Assembly (NCBI GenBank): GCA_964035545.1
Contig: OZ037765.1
Location: 17,236,995-17,300,994, forward strand
Reading direction: 5' to 3'
Origin: Bugula neritina
Lineage: Eukaryota; Animalia; Bryozoa
DNA: 64,000 bases
Below the pieces are notes generated by a model. It was given only the letters and a program-made list of their open reading frames with translations. It did not search any database and was not told where the DNA came from. Each line of letters opens with the position of its first letter. Position 1 is the first letter of the stretch. Shown in pieces: positions 1 to 14,574 of this stretch. The translations under genes and the position numbers were made by a program.

Positions 1-209
1 AGCTGTTCAAGTTTACATTTCATCACCAAATTTATCTAAAGGAAATTCAATCTGTTCTGTAATGAAAAAAATTACTGAAAAGCTTGTTGAAAACCGCAAA
101 GTTTTAGAAACCAAATATTATTTGGTAATAATTTAAACTATTGTAGCAACTCATTTCACTATTTCAATTTTTTTATTTCAGACGAAATAATTTTTTTTTT
201 CTTTTGTAG

Positions 210-3200
210 ACACTGCTCTGCTCCAACCCTCCCCTATTCCCGGTTAAATCTGTAATACTCAACTCCGTAGAAGAGCATGTTGCGCTCGTGGGAGACAAGG
301 GTGTTGCAATCATGCAGATGCCTTCCAAATATGGTTCTGACCAACTGTTTGAAAATGGAAAAGAAAAAATACTGTGCAGGTAAGAACTTTACTTCTACTC
401 TTTATAGTACTAACAGCGTAAAACTGAAGCACTTTGAGCTAATAGTGAAAAGATGATTATTTCTGTCAGTGTATGCTGCATACTGTGAATCACCAAGGTG
501 CCTAAACTTCATTATACAACACTTTCTCGCTGCAATAATTAAACTCAACTCAGTCTGTTCAGTTGTTCCCAGCAGTATGCTCATTATTTTTGTGAGGATT
601 GGAGATGTGTAAAGATAAATTGCGCTAGTAGCCATTAGTCACCTTGCCCCCCCCCCCCAAGTTGCAGTTGAATGAAGACTGTCATCAGCTGGGTTTGTGT
701 CATGATTAAAGTCTACATGGTTTTCTTTTGCATGTGCTATAACCTGATAATGAAAATACATACAAATCTGCTAAATGCATAAGATCTTTCTTAATATTTT
801 AAAATATCAACACTCTTCGCAGTGAAAAAAAGTTTTTACGTGTAATTTGTAGCGACTTTCATTTACAAAGTCATTTCTATGCTTATTTTGTCATGTTTTG
901 CAGGTCACTTATGATAGACGAGAGATATTTTTGCAGTCACCACCAGGAAAAGGTCATGAAGACGTTGTGGCATCCAGGCTCTCCTAATTTCTCAATTCTC
1001 TGTGTGCTCACTTCAGATAATACTCTCAGGTAGATGATTGTTTGTCTCATGAACTTCCCAAAATTAGCTACTCGTGTTAACATTTTTAGTTTTTTGTTTT
1101 TCACAGTTTTACGTTGCTTACTATCAACTTTGATGAGCAGTGCGTAGCTGTTTAGCAGTTCTATCTCATGTAGAAAAAATGTAATGTTTACTAGTATAGG
1201 AACCCTACTCTGTCACTGCTTTAACTTTCAATATCTTTTTTTATTTGCAGAATGTATAACATAGCTAAGCCTGAAAGTCCTTTTCAAACACTGTCCCTCA
1301 GCGGAGATAAATTTTCAGCAGCTTTAGAATGCTTTGTTAGCATGACCTTCGGCTCTGCCAGCTCATCCAATCAGCATTACTTAACTTGGCCTTTGTACCT
1401 ACTAACTGAGATGGGCAATGTGTTTGTTGCCAACAGCAGTGTGTGGTCTCCAGGAAGGTGATTCTACTAATTTCATTTATGCTAAAAACCTTGTCTCTGT
1501 TCATAATTTACATGCATAAAACCGCACCTGTGGAAGTAAAAATATCAACCAAGTAAATATATTAGCCATATATATATAAAACAGTAATGCAATAACATAA
1601 TTTTATTGAAAATATTTTGTACGAATGCAAGTATCAACATTTTTAAAAGTGTTAAACATTTAACATACATTTTTAACTCGCTTGACAACTAGGTTAGTAG
1701 ATTTTTTAGTGAAATACTTGCTGTAGGTTGACGTGTGAAGGACCTTTGCGGATGTTCCCAACAGCGGAAGACAACTATGGTTCTGATGCCTGTGATATTC
1801 TTCATCTGGCCAGTTCTCCAGAAGCTCTAGTTATCAGTACAGTATCGGGATCTCTCATCCATTGTGTGCTGTTACCTGGGACTACTGATGAGGTATACAT
1901 AAATATATACCTGCACCTTTAGCACTACATGTTTCATTTGTAGAGCTTATAGAAGACCCAAAACTGGAAAGGTTTGAGAAATGTTCATTCTTGGAGATAT
2001 ACAAAGTTGCATGCGGTGTTCTAGTGTAGTTCATATGTGTTTTTGTTTATTTGAAGGAAGATGATGAGAATCTCTCTGCTGAAGCACCACTACTCTATGT
2101 ATATGATATCGTGAAACTTGAGTTTCTGTTATCTACGGCTTCCAACTCCCATTTGGCAGACTGCCAAGATTTCGACTTTACCACTCAACTCCAACTAATC
2201 AAAGGTGTTTTTTAATAATACATTACACAGTTGTAACTTGCACTCCACACTGCTACAGTATACTCTGCATTACTACACTATACTACACACTGCTACTCTA
2301 TAGTATAAAGTACTATTCAATACAAAACTACACAGTGCCACAATATACTACACAGTATTATATTATACAGTGCACTGCTGTTAGGGAAACTTTTCTATTT
2401 CACGTGATGCTTATTAAATCTATGTTTGAAATGCTTATATTCATAGTGCATATTGGTGCTACCAACTGGGGTTAAAATAATAGTATAATTTAGAGGGAAC
2501 TTCAACAAATTCTAACAGTTTGCTAAATCAAATTATAACATTTAATCAACTTGTATCGTAATTAGCTATGTTTGTGAATTGGTTATTGATAATAATTACA
2601 GTTGAGTAATTTCCTATTTTATTAGTTTTGTTAGTTTATCTCGTCAGCCTGACTGGTTTATCACCAATGTGTCTTTTCATCATACATAAGAATCTTACAT
2701 CTGCAAAGGATGGGTTGTTCCCAATACCAGCATGTTGATAGGAAATGTGATTTATTTTTCTTAGTTTCTTTTTTAAAAATAACTGCTATTCTCAAATTCA
2801 CATTGAGTTGTCAAATGCATGCCAATAATTTTTCTTTGTAAATTTCTATCTCACCTGTAACTTTGGTTCTACACTGTAGAAGCTACAGTGTAGAACCTAA
2901 GTAACTCAAACTGCTGTAACTTTATTTTTTAATATCTGCAAAAGTGCCAGAGTTTCCAAGGAATTATATTGGGAGTTTATAAAGTATCTAGATATGGTTA
3001 CTGGTATTATCTAAGATTTAAGTAAAATTTAACTTTCCTTATTAAGAAATTGTAACAAATTTTCTCACTTAATCAAATCAATTCATTAACTTTGTTTATT
3101 TCTCTCAAATTACTACCCTTTAACTTTACATATGTATGATGTTGTAGACCCAGTGAAGGTGGAATATTACCATTGTATGCACTCAGCAGGTGTACATACC

Positions 3201-6200
3201 TTACATCTACCATGGCTGTTTGATTTCCAAGCCTTCGCTGTTCAAGGTATTACCTGTAGTGTAGCTAAAAATGTTTTTTTACCTAGTTGAAAACAATATT
3301 GGCGATTCAATTTAATACTGATGCTTTGGATTTGTCCTATCTTGAAAATATGAATGTATTGAGAAAACCATTGTTATGAGATATGTTGTGTTATTGTTGA
3401 GTTTTTATAGCTGCATGATATCATAGTAAATATATTCTATGCGTTAATAAGCCCTCCAATGAGTTGTATGTAGGCAATTATATGTTTTTAATTTGTTATT
3501 TCACGTTCTGTCAATATTTGCATGTGTGTTCTTATATAACTAAGAAATTCAAATAAACTTTCATTTAGTTATTTATTCAGTTTTAAGACAGTTGTATACT
3601 CTTTTCCTAACCATGTCACCTTAATCACCAATGTCATTGCTATTTTCTATTAATAGTATATATTAGACTAAGTTATAATCATTCCTCAAACCATATACCC
3701 TTGCTTGTTGATAATATCATTAATATTATATGCATTTAAGATTTGTTATAATGTATGCTCATAAGATGTATAAATATGTGATTCTGTAGAGGATGGAGCA
3801 ACAGGAAATGATTTGTATGCTGCTGAAAAGGACAGCAAGTCTATATGTCAGCATGTACTTTGTACACAGCCTCTCTCTGATAGCAAACCGTGTCCTCTCC
3901 GCGGACTAGTTGTAGCGGCAGAAGGCATCAACCAAACCTCACTCCTCTGTCTGCTTTCTAACTTCACTTGTATTAAAGTTACAACTAGGTGAACATGTCT
4001 TTTTTATTAATATCTATATACTGTTTTGTTAGTTTCGTACAAATTATATAATTATATTTTTTCATAAATATCAAATTGTTGAATTATTATCGACAGTCAT
4101 TATTGTGCATACACATTTATTTAAGTAATCGAAAAAGGCGTTCCTTCAATGCTAAAAAGCAATGTATTACTATCAGTCAAAGTAGAATGTAGATCACAAC
4201 TGTAGATCCTACTTGTGTGCTTCAGTAATTAGTTAGAGATTCAAATGTATCTCCTTGTAGAAGCGGACCAGCGCCTCACCTGCCTGAGATGGTGTCCTCT
4301 ATAGTACAGGAAACTCATGGAGATGTGGGCATAGATAAGAGGATGTCTTTTGACAGACACATACAAACTCTGTTGGCCAGAGATGTTACAAACCCACTCA
4401 TCAAGTGAGTCACTTTTGTCTTTTACTTTGCATGAAATTTTGTAAATCGACTGGTAATGGTGATAAATCACACAATGGTCGTGTGTGTGTATTGTATATA
4501 TATAATATGTTGTATTGTCATAGAACAGGAAATGAACAAAGTTTCTCGGCAGAGCAAAGTTACAATCTGCTGGCTCGAGCTACCCAAATCTCCAGGGAGC
4601 TCCATATCAACAAGCTGAAACTGGCGCGGAATGAATTGGACAGAAGGTAGGTCTCTAGTTTTCTCACCAGGGAGGGGGTTGTAGTATGAGTAATTTACAT
4701 TGTTATGTAGTTAGTGTAGTCTCAGTTATTCTGTTTACACCTGTAAGTGGGTGTTGCTATTTTATTGGCTTTGGTATCAGTGGAGAACGTCATAATAAAA
4801 CTTGAAGACCCTTCCAGAGTGGTTACTGAGCATTGTGCCTAGACTGGGAGGGCACTAGTAGGATATTTTTTTCGGGTAACTGACAAATAAGACATTTTTG
4901 TATGTTTGGTTAGAAATTTAAAATACTAGTAGTTTTAAAATATTTTTATTTGATTAGCTATACAATACTAGCATCCTTTCAAACAGATGCTTGTACAAGT
5001 TAGTGTAGCTGCCAGAAATCAGTCTAGTTGACTTCGCTAATTTATGATTTGTATTTTTAGCTACTCTGTAAGAGTCACGGTGTGCTGTATTCGCCACTTT
5101 CATAAATTGTCGTAAATGTATTTGTTAGTTTACATGTAGGCTCACGAGTTTATAAATGTTCTTTATATTTCAACATGTTTATTGTCTTTCATCTTCTGTT
5201 TTTGTAAGCGATGAGGCTTGGCAATACGGCCCAATTAGCTTCTAACAGCTAAGTATCCTTACTAATTCTTGTCAAAAGTAGTTGAGCTCATTTGTGTGTA
5301 AAACTCTGGGATAAATTTTTGACACAGTTGTGAATAGAGTTTGCTGTGTGAATATTTTTAGAGTCGGTTCACTGATTGAACTAAAGCACCTGCAGCTGGA
5401 GGAGTTGGCTGCTCTTACAGATCAAAGGTCAAGTTTGACTGACGTAGCCAGAAATCTCGCCGAGAGGTACGAAGACGTCCTCTCACAGTACGACAATATG
5501 ATTAGAAGGTCAGCATCACCAGCAGCACAGTTTATCTTAGAGGGCATTTGTGATACAGTGTGTGCAATGCATTTCATCTAGTGTGTAATTTATTTGCTAT
5601 ATTTAGCCAATCTTTGCCATGTGTGAATTTATGCACTTGATGTTGTTTTTTAGAATAAGCAAAGTAATGACAGCTATACACCACTCTATCTCTAGTCTAT
5701 CTGAAGCTGAAAGATCTTTTTCTTCATCACTTGTACAGCGGGAACAAGATGTAGATAATTTACAGATAAAACTTGACCAGGCAAGGCAATAGTTCGTGAA
5801 TATTGCTAAGTAGAGTCTTGAATTCCAAATTGCATGGTGCTGATTTAACATCTTGTTTTTTGGAGGTTAGAGTTTGCAAATACCCGACTCAGTAGATTCA
5901 TTATAGTAAAGAAAATATTGTATCATGGAATTCTACAATTCGCTCAGAAACTTGAAATTGGTACTTTTTCTCTTAGTTGTTAACTATTTTATCTGATCTA
6001 AAATCATGTATTAATGAAATAAAACTTTGCCATCAGCATACGATTTGCTTGGTGGTTTTCTACTTTGAAAATGTTAAAATTCGGATAAATGTAAAAACAT
6101 CCCCCCCCATTATTGTAATTTTTATTATCTCGTTCGTGTTAAAGTTTTTGCTAATCAGTTGTACTTAGCTATGTATGTATATGTCAATATTTTGTTTGGG

Positions 6201-8179
6201 ATGCGATTTTTAAAGACTCCCCAGCATATTAGAAGGGTAAGGAGGGGTAATAATTTAGGAGTTGTCGAATAGTCTTTGTCAAACCTATAATAACTTGTGT
6301 GGGCAGTACACTTCAATGCTGCCAAGCTATGCTAGACAACAAGGACTCAATAAGAATATATATTACACAGTATAGCTATTTCAATGGCATATGTACAGTC
6401 ACTCGCTATATCACTTTGAGAAGTTGATGTTCTGAAATGTATAGAAACAAATTATATTCTTCCCAGTGAAGATTTTCTTCTCTTTTTGTTTATTCAGACA
6501 TCGTAAAGTAGTAAAATTTCTTGTGAACATCCTATAGATTGGATTTAAAGGAAGATGTGGCTGTAAGGTACAGGAATGTGTCCACAAGCTGATACTTTTA
6601 TCTCTTTAGTAATATGTTTGCTATCGGTCCACATATTCTAAGTTTTAGCAGAGGCATATAACTTCAACTTACAAAAAACTCTCCGCTGTACTGTGTAATA
6701 GTTGCTGATACTGTTTGCTGTACAGGTAAAGAAAAAGTACAAGTTTCAGAGAGAAAGTGTCAACAAGCAATTGGATACGAGACCCAGTCTCAGTGATACT
6801 CAGATAAAAGGAGTCAACGGAGTGTTAACTGATGAGTAAGTTACCTATCATATATACAGTAGGCCTACCTCTTTAGTAGACTTATTAGTTGCCATATTAT
6901 TAGTGTATCAGTCATTATGCTGATGGTTGTGGTGCTGGCTGCACAATTTATTTGCATTGAGAAGGATTGTTGTTTCATTTACTCTCCTAAATGTTTTTGT
7001 TCCAAATTATATACTTTAGCTTAATTAATTAAACTCTAAAATTTCTTCAGTATGCATCAGTACACTATTGCCTTTAAGAAAGTTTTGCACATCAGTAAAT
7101 TATATCGCGTTAGTAAACTTTCATATATAAATTTATGTTTATCGTATGAGTAAACTCAATTGTCCTCGGGTTGAGCTTGCTTTGAGACCTTATCTACACT
7201 TATCAACGTTTTCAAGTTCATAAGCGTTTTCAAGTCAATAAGCGGATGCTTGATTCAACTAGTATTGTAGTCATTGTCCATTGTGAGTTGAACTACATGG
7301 CAGTTGTAGTGGTGGTGGTAGTGCTGGTGTTATTAGTTTTAGTAGTGGTAGCAGTCAGCGTAGGGCCACACAATGCGGGTTTCCCCGCACAGACCCCATG
7401 AGGAAAATTCGTCCAGATCAAAATGGGCTGTTGTGTGTGGATTTCATGCGGATAAAATGCTGAGTGGAGAATGCGGAAAGCTAATGGTGATTTTATCTAA
7501 TTTGCTGGTTGCCATCAGCGAGCTCACTTTTTGAGTTTCAATTTGTGTTTTTAATTTTTAGCGAACTGAATTAAACTTTTTTCCAATAGTTATAACTTTT
7601 CGTGCTATATTATCTGAAGTTATTTTCTTGCTGCAGAGCATATTGCATAAATATAAAACAAGCCCCTATAGGCAAGCAGTAAAGTTCAATGCCAATATAT
7701 CATTTTCTCTAATAAGTTTTCGCACCCGCAGACAATGCATTGTGTGGGGCCAGTCAAACCTGCAACGGATGTTCACGCATTTGGACCTGCACTCCGAAAA
7801 TCCCCATTGTGTTGCACTGCGCTAAATACCTAACGAGACCTTCTGCTAGTGGGGGAGTTTTCCTTCCTTTATTAATTTATATTTATTTATGAGTTGCAGA
7901 ACACCTGATCTTTCTTGTGCATAGAAGTATGCAGCCGTTCTATTGCTATTTCAATTACAAATTTCTTGCGATTTCATAATTTACTGTTTAGTGCTTGTGA
8001 CTTCTCCAACATGATTGTATGCTCAGTCAATACATCATAAGTGTTAAAATTAGAACTCATTTGTCTTTATTATTTAGATCATATTTTGCCTATAGCAATG
8101 CATTTCTTTCCTTTGCAGGTCTCAGAAAATATCAGAGCTAGTTCATCAACTAAGAAGTTTGATGTCAGTTTCCCAATGA
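210..8179 (+). CDS. NUP88: Nuclear pore complex protein Nup88 (5'-partial; N-terminal exons lie before the window)
   Basis: Exons: 210-379, 904-1029, 1251-1457, 1727-1892, 2057-2204, 3148-3246, 3790-3988, 4261-4404 (alternative in-frame acceptor 4237), 4524-4646, 5362-5508, 5654-5780, 6726-6835, 8119-8179 (TGA). Phases are consistent. Peptides match remembered Nup88 motifs: [65 protein letters not shown], followed by a C-terminal coiled coil. Confidence 0.93.
7357..7823. mobile_element. Probable MITE / non-autonomous DNA transposon in the last NUP88 intron
   Basis: Imperfect terminal inverted repeats: AGCGTAGGGCCACACAATGCGGGTTT (7357-7382) against the reverse complement of 7798-7823 (21/26 matches). 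An internal partial copy GCATTGTGTGGGGCC lies at ~7737. No coding capacity; no clear target-site duplication. Confidence 0.5.
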
Positions 8180-8787
8180 CCTCTACATACCTAGACTGTA
8201 TTCACATGAAGTACGACTAGCATTCTGACATTTCATAGTTAGCAATCATAGTTGAATTTGCCTGTAAACAGCACAGCTTATATACCCTTCAGTATGTCGG
8301 CCATTATTACTATGCTTTGTATGTACAATTATATGTAATATACTGTAAGTTATCTTCACTATTTTCATAATAAAACATGAGCATTTCATTAAAGAGAAGG
8401 TCTTTTCAACATCAAAAGTTTTGCTACTAGCAATATACATAAAGAGAGAGGAGAGTCTGGGTATGGGAGTTTTATTGCTGATGTTGATGCACTGAAGTTA
8501 GCACCTTATTGGTTTATAGTAATAGAGTATATTCATCGCTGTCCCCATGGACTATTAAATATTCTGTTATTTTGTCACTATAGAAAATTGTTAATATTTT
8601 ATAATTATTGGTTTTGAAATGTTCTACTGAACTCAATCATGTTAGCTAAATAATCCACTTATCACAGCCTGAAGATATTCTAACTTAATATTCACCAACC
8701 CTTTAATATTCACCAACCTAAATCATAAATATTCTGACAGAATTAGATCCTTTAATAAGAGCTTTCTTAGCTGAATTGTTCTTCACT

Positions 8788-11700
8788 ATGGTACTCAGAC
8801 AGGTTAAGGCAACACTTAATATGGTGAGTATTGATTACATTATATCTTAGAATACTGAGAAGAAACTTATAGCTCTCATTGAGTATCTGTTTGCAAATAT
8901 CCTCCATTTTAAAAAATTAGAGCATGGCCTCCTAGTAGCTCAATTGTAAATAAAGCCACATTCATTACAGTGCATCATGTTATAAGATCTGCTAAATTCA
9001 ATAAGGTTTCTACCAAATCATGCGACGTTCTTCTAGTTTTATTAACAATTCCTGTTTCAGCTTTGTTTTAAATCTGTAGATTTGCTTAATATTGGTGTCC
9101 AAGACTAAAATATTCATATATTTTTTCAATTTAGGTGTTTTGTTTGAGAAATTTCTACAACCCAATTTCTGTAATTGTGGTAATTCTCAATTTTAAGTCT
9201 GAGTTTAAAAGGGAGAACGTAACTCATTTTGTAATGTTTTTATCTAAAATTCAGATTTATCCAAATCTTTTGGTTTCTGCATCTACCTAATCTCTTTCCA
9301 GACAGCTGACTCGGAGCAAAACATCAGGAATAGTAAAGATCAGCCGGAGGATGTTGGAAGACGGCATGGAACATGGAAATCATTTGCCAGAGTGTTGGTA
9401 AAAAACATTTTAATCCTGGTGAGCAATGTTGGCATGTTAATCCTCGGAGCCTATTTATTTCAATACCTGGAAGGAGAAAATGAGAAGCAAAACTGTGCGA
9501 TTCAGCAACAAGAATATTGGAATGCCGTAAGTGACACCAATGACCTGCTCAAACTGAAAGCTTCGGAAATTGCTGGAAAAGAAGAGATTGGAAAGGAGGA
9601 TAAAGCATATTTAGAAAAGCATTACCGTACGTACCTGCAGAAGTATGCCCGTCAGGTTATGGACATTAAATACAGTGGCAGGAGCTGCGATGAGCTGGTG
9701 ACCTGGTCATTTAGTAATAGCCTAGTGTTTGCCCTCACTATACTCACCACAATAGGTATGAGTAACTTGCAACTCAAGAATAACACTTTTTTTGGTGTGA
9801 TCGCTGTACTGTGAGCTAGTAAATAACTGTTGGTCTATATTATGTGCTTTGAAATTGTCAGAAATTGAATTGCAGTCTTTAAACTGGTTGGTGCTCAAAC
9901 TGTTTGACATGTGTTTTCAGGGTATGGTGTTATTGCACCAGCTACATACTACGGAAGGTTAGTGTGTATAGTCTATGCCTATTTAACTATCCCTCTGTAC
10001 CTTATTGCTCTGGCTGTGATTGGTGAGACCTTGGCTGATCTTTTCAAGAAACTGTTCTGGCTAGTTTGCTGCTGTGGCTGTTATCGGAAAGGTGCATTGC
10101 AAGAGGTTAGTAGACAGAATATATGCAAATAACACGCCATGATGTCTACATCAATGTTCTGCGTATCATTTATGTATAATCTATAACCTTGCTTAATTGC
10201 TACAATTGAAAATGAGTACTATTATATAGAAATATCAGTTATCACTATATATCACAATTTTGGGTGAATAACACCTTAATATATATATAGCTCTGCTAAC
10301 TCTAGTGTGGATTTTTAATTATTGATTAAGCATTTGGTTTGAAAGTACTTCAAGTATTGCATGTAATGACCTTAACTGGTCATAATGAAACATTCTACTC
10401 CACACCTTTTTGAATATCATGGTTCATTAAGGAAGATAGACGTTGCATCTTAAATACATAACACCTTTATCCGCACTCCAGTAAATTTAGTTGAATTTGT
10501 ATGATAGGTTTTAGTATTGTGACCATTTCTACTTGTTCATCTATCAGTTTTGTTATTATCAAAGGCGCCAGATGAAATATTATAGTTAATTTTAGTTAAA
10601 AAAGATGAAGAATGCAAATAACTTAAGAGAAGTTATGATTCCCCTCACCCTCACACTCAGTCTTATGTTAGGTGTGTATCTGTACTGTTGTGGCTTGTTA
10701 CATAGAATGTACGATTTGCCTGGTATGAACTTTTTCTTTCAGAGACTATCTGATAAAACTTAACACTATTTTTGTCTATATTGGGCAATTACACGCAGTT
10801 ATGACAGCACTCCATCATTTGCGAAATTTCAATAAAAGTGCATAAAGTAGAAACCTGTTTTTTCGTATTAAAATTCAAAATATTGACATTTGAAATTTGA
10901 AGTATAGTTGTAACATATTTTATTTCCTAGTGTTGGCTCATCTATTGAAATAATTGTTTCAGAGTATGAGGTACTGATATCTGTCACAAATCATAAAACT
11001 TACTATTTAAAGTAGAATGAGCTACTCTTATTATCTGCATGTATTCTTTGGTTTAGTGTGGGTCCTACTCGGCGCTGGTATATGGATGGTACTGGAGTCT
11101 GACTGGAAGTTTGCCGATTCCATTTATTTCTGCTTCATTACCATATCAACTATTGGGTTCGGTGACCTTGTACCGGAAGTGGACCTTAGCTCGGGTGAAG
11201 GTCATCTGAAACTTGTGGTTATTATCACCTACATAACCGTTGGTATGCTAACTACCACTTCCTCTGCAGAATTTTTCTGTTTTCAAGCTGTTGTAGCAAA
11301 AATTTATAAAAACAGTTTTTTTTATCAAGGCTTTTTATTGAAACTGTTTTAAAGTGTAACTGTGTTACTACTAAACTTGAAAAAGACTAGTTGCAGAAGT
11401 AATGAATGGCTCGATATTGAAATATGTTGGAATATCATATTTTGTATTAATGTTAAGGTTTGGATCCTAAATCAACTTCCCATCTATTGAAGATCTGTTT
11501 GATAAACATGATGTAATAAGATTTCTCAGCTATCATTAGTATGCGAAAGTGATTTTTTACTGATAAAACAGATTTTTTGAGCTATCAAATAATAAGGATA
11601 GTTTCTCATTTATAGATAAGTGATACTTCAACAAATACAAGAAATTTTAAAATAAAAGCGTGATGGTTATTAGCATTTTCAGCTTGACAGATGTGCTACT

Positions 11701-12453
11701 CAATTTCTTGTTTATGGTTTGTGAAAAAATACATTAGATGAAAAACCAGAAAAAGTAAATACAATTATTTTAGCTATGATTATTTCACTTCAAACAGCTA
11801 AAATATATTGGATCTAAAAAGCTAAGAAGTTTTTTTACAGATCAATGAAATCAACTTCTCTCGATAAACTTTATGTTTCCCAATGAAATTTTTGCTTCTT
11901 ATAAACAATTTAAATATTAAAATTTATTTTGCACAACCACTAACTGTGAGTAGGAATGGTATTGCTGGGAACATGGAGATACGAGAGTAATTCTTATATC
12001 TCTTAACCTTATTAGACCTGTAGAAGTCTTGTAAATTTTATTGATATAACCCACAGAACCTAGACTGCAGTGTCGTCCCAAATATAGAACAATATACCCA
12101 TAAGAGGGTGCGCTATTTCATAAATTCCAATTACTCTAATTGTCTTGATTAGTAAGATGGTAGTGTAAATAACTTAGTGGTCATTCACACTAAGTGACAG
12201 ATAAAAAAGTGTCTGTAATACAAAATTGCACTTTATTTGCTAGAACTGCAATAACAGTATAATTTAATAAAATAATATGATATAATTATATAATATAATA
12301 ATATATTTTCTAGGGATGGCTGCTATGTCTATGTGTTTTCAACTGATGGCTGATGAGTTTATGTCTAAGCTGAAATGGCTCGGTAAAAAGTGTGGCTGTG
12401 CTAAAAGCCAGCCTGCTGCCTTAGATGATATGACACAACTGGCCAGTGACTAA
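8788..12453 (+). CDS. Two-pore-domain potassium channel (K2P/TWiK family), copy 1, ~358 aa
   Basis: Exons: 8788-8823 (first exon tentative), 9302-9755, 9921-10105, 10596-10671, 11057-11242, 12314-12453 (TAA); total 1077 nt, in frame. M1-cap-P1 (TTIG|YG)-M2-M3-P2 (STIGFGD)-M4 topology. Confidence 0.92.
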
Positions 12454-14574
12454 TGTTTTCCAAACATTTTGTCTGCCAGTAAACCAATGAACTGTATAAT
12501 AACCGATGATTGTTTTTCTCTTTTTCTGCCAATATTGTCAGTAAATATACCTGGGAGCTGCTCTAAAGGTTGAGGGTTAAACATGCCCAAGTAAAAGGAC
12601 ATCGCCTTTCATTCTTACCTGATTGGTCTTTATTTTTGTAAGCAGTAAAATTTTCTAACATCTATGACTGAGTGTTCACATTTAGTTTCTATTCATAGCC
12701 TGATGTCCTTTTGTAAACGACATAAATGTTGTTTGTAATATGTTTTTGTTGTGAAAATTAGGGAAAGATTGTTTTAAATGATGAAAATAAACAAAACAAA
12801 CAAAACAAAACAAATGTAGGTCGATATGAAAGATACTTACAGTAAAAATATGTTAGTTTAGAGGATGCATGATGGTAGCCTGCAATGTTTGTATAAATAT
12901 ACCACTAATGGGCTGTTGTAATTCTAAAATAGATGATTAACAAAGATATTATGCATTCTATCTGATGAAAAAAAGTTGTTAGTTTTCTGAGCTGTAACTT
13001 AATCAAAATGTTATCCAATGCAACCAAACGAGTCTAAATTTATAAAAAAAAAGTTTATTAAAATGCTGGATAAATCAATATTTGTGTCTTTGATTTGGTT
13101 TTGCCTTTTCTTATGTTGAATTTTAATCAATAAATAATTTGCAACTTTCAACCTCACAAAACTGAAGAACCTCAACAAGTAAGGTGAGAGTCAAATTTAT
13201 AGCTGATATTTTGTATTATATTTTGTAGAATTATTTCCATAACACGGCATACTTAGTCAGTTTCCTGAGTTTTAGACATAAAAGAACTACATTAACTCTC
13301 TAGAAGAGTGCAATATACCATCTTATCAGTTGAGCTGTTCATAGAAAATTGACTAAAGTTGGTTTGTAGCTGCCGACAGAGCTGTGACACTCCAGCTCTT
13401 TCAGCAGCGTAGGTTTGTATTTCAACAGAAATGAAGCATTCTTATTGAATGGTAGCCCCTCCCCACTCCCCCCCTCGGCCTTTCTCTGTCTTAACACTCA
13501 AATTAAAAAAATTCTTCCTCCATTTCTATAACCTTTCTCTAGTTTTGCTATCTTATTTATGCATCAGACTACCAATGACATCTTTCACTAGAGTATTCCT
13601 TGTCAAATGTCCAGCTTTGCAACTTTTCCAGTTTATATAATCTTTAACTGGATACTAAAACTATGTATGTATATAAAAGAGTAAAAACGGGTCATTGCGA
13701 TATAAAAAAGCTTCAATACAAGACATTTCTACCAAATTTGGCTCATTGTATTAAATAAACCATTGAAATGGGAAACTTTTTGTTGAGGAATTTATATTTG
13801 TGTTTATAGCAAGATTTGTTTTTCAATAAAATTATAACTTTCAAGCTTTTTTTACATTTTAATTTACATGTTCTATAACTAGAATAATTTCGTGTTACTG
13901 TGTAATGTGAATAGCCATAACAATGTTGCATTTTACCCTATAAAAATATTTAAGTGAAGCATTTTATTAATACATGCCAACAAAAATGACAAATTAACTT
14001 TAACATGACATCAAACATATAATAAGCATATAAAAATTTCCTGTGGAAGTGAGCAACATGGCTACGTAAATATTGGACTATATTGAGATGTAATGTAGCC
14101 ATTTTACGGTTAGTTAATGTTACTATTTACGCATAACAGCATATATATTTATCTCTAATACTAAGGCCACATCGATTTTCTGAGTAGCTTTCAACATTGA
14201 TGTTGGCCATGCTTATAGCGGCAAATGTTTATATCAGGCAATTTAAGCAAAGATAGGTATTGGTTTTCCAAAGCGAAAATCAATGCAAATTTTATTGTTC
14301 AAACCAAGAGCCTTTTGTCCATTTTCACATCACTATGACAAACATATAAAATAAACTGATGTCAATGTTAATAATTAATTATGCAGCCAACTTTCATTCA
14401 CTGTGGTGCATTTATTGTTCAACTGAATAAGATTATTGATCTTTATTACCCGTTAGTAAATGGCAATACCAGTAGCCATTTTGTATTGAGCTAAAAAATT
14501 TCAGTTTTCTAAAATTTATTATTCCTACATCTTTGATTCAAATTGAGCATTTAGTTATATAAAAAGAAGCAACT

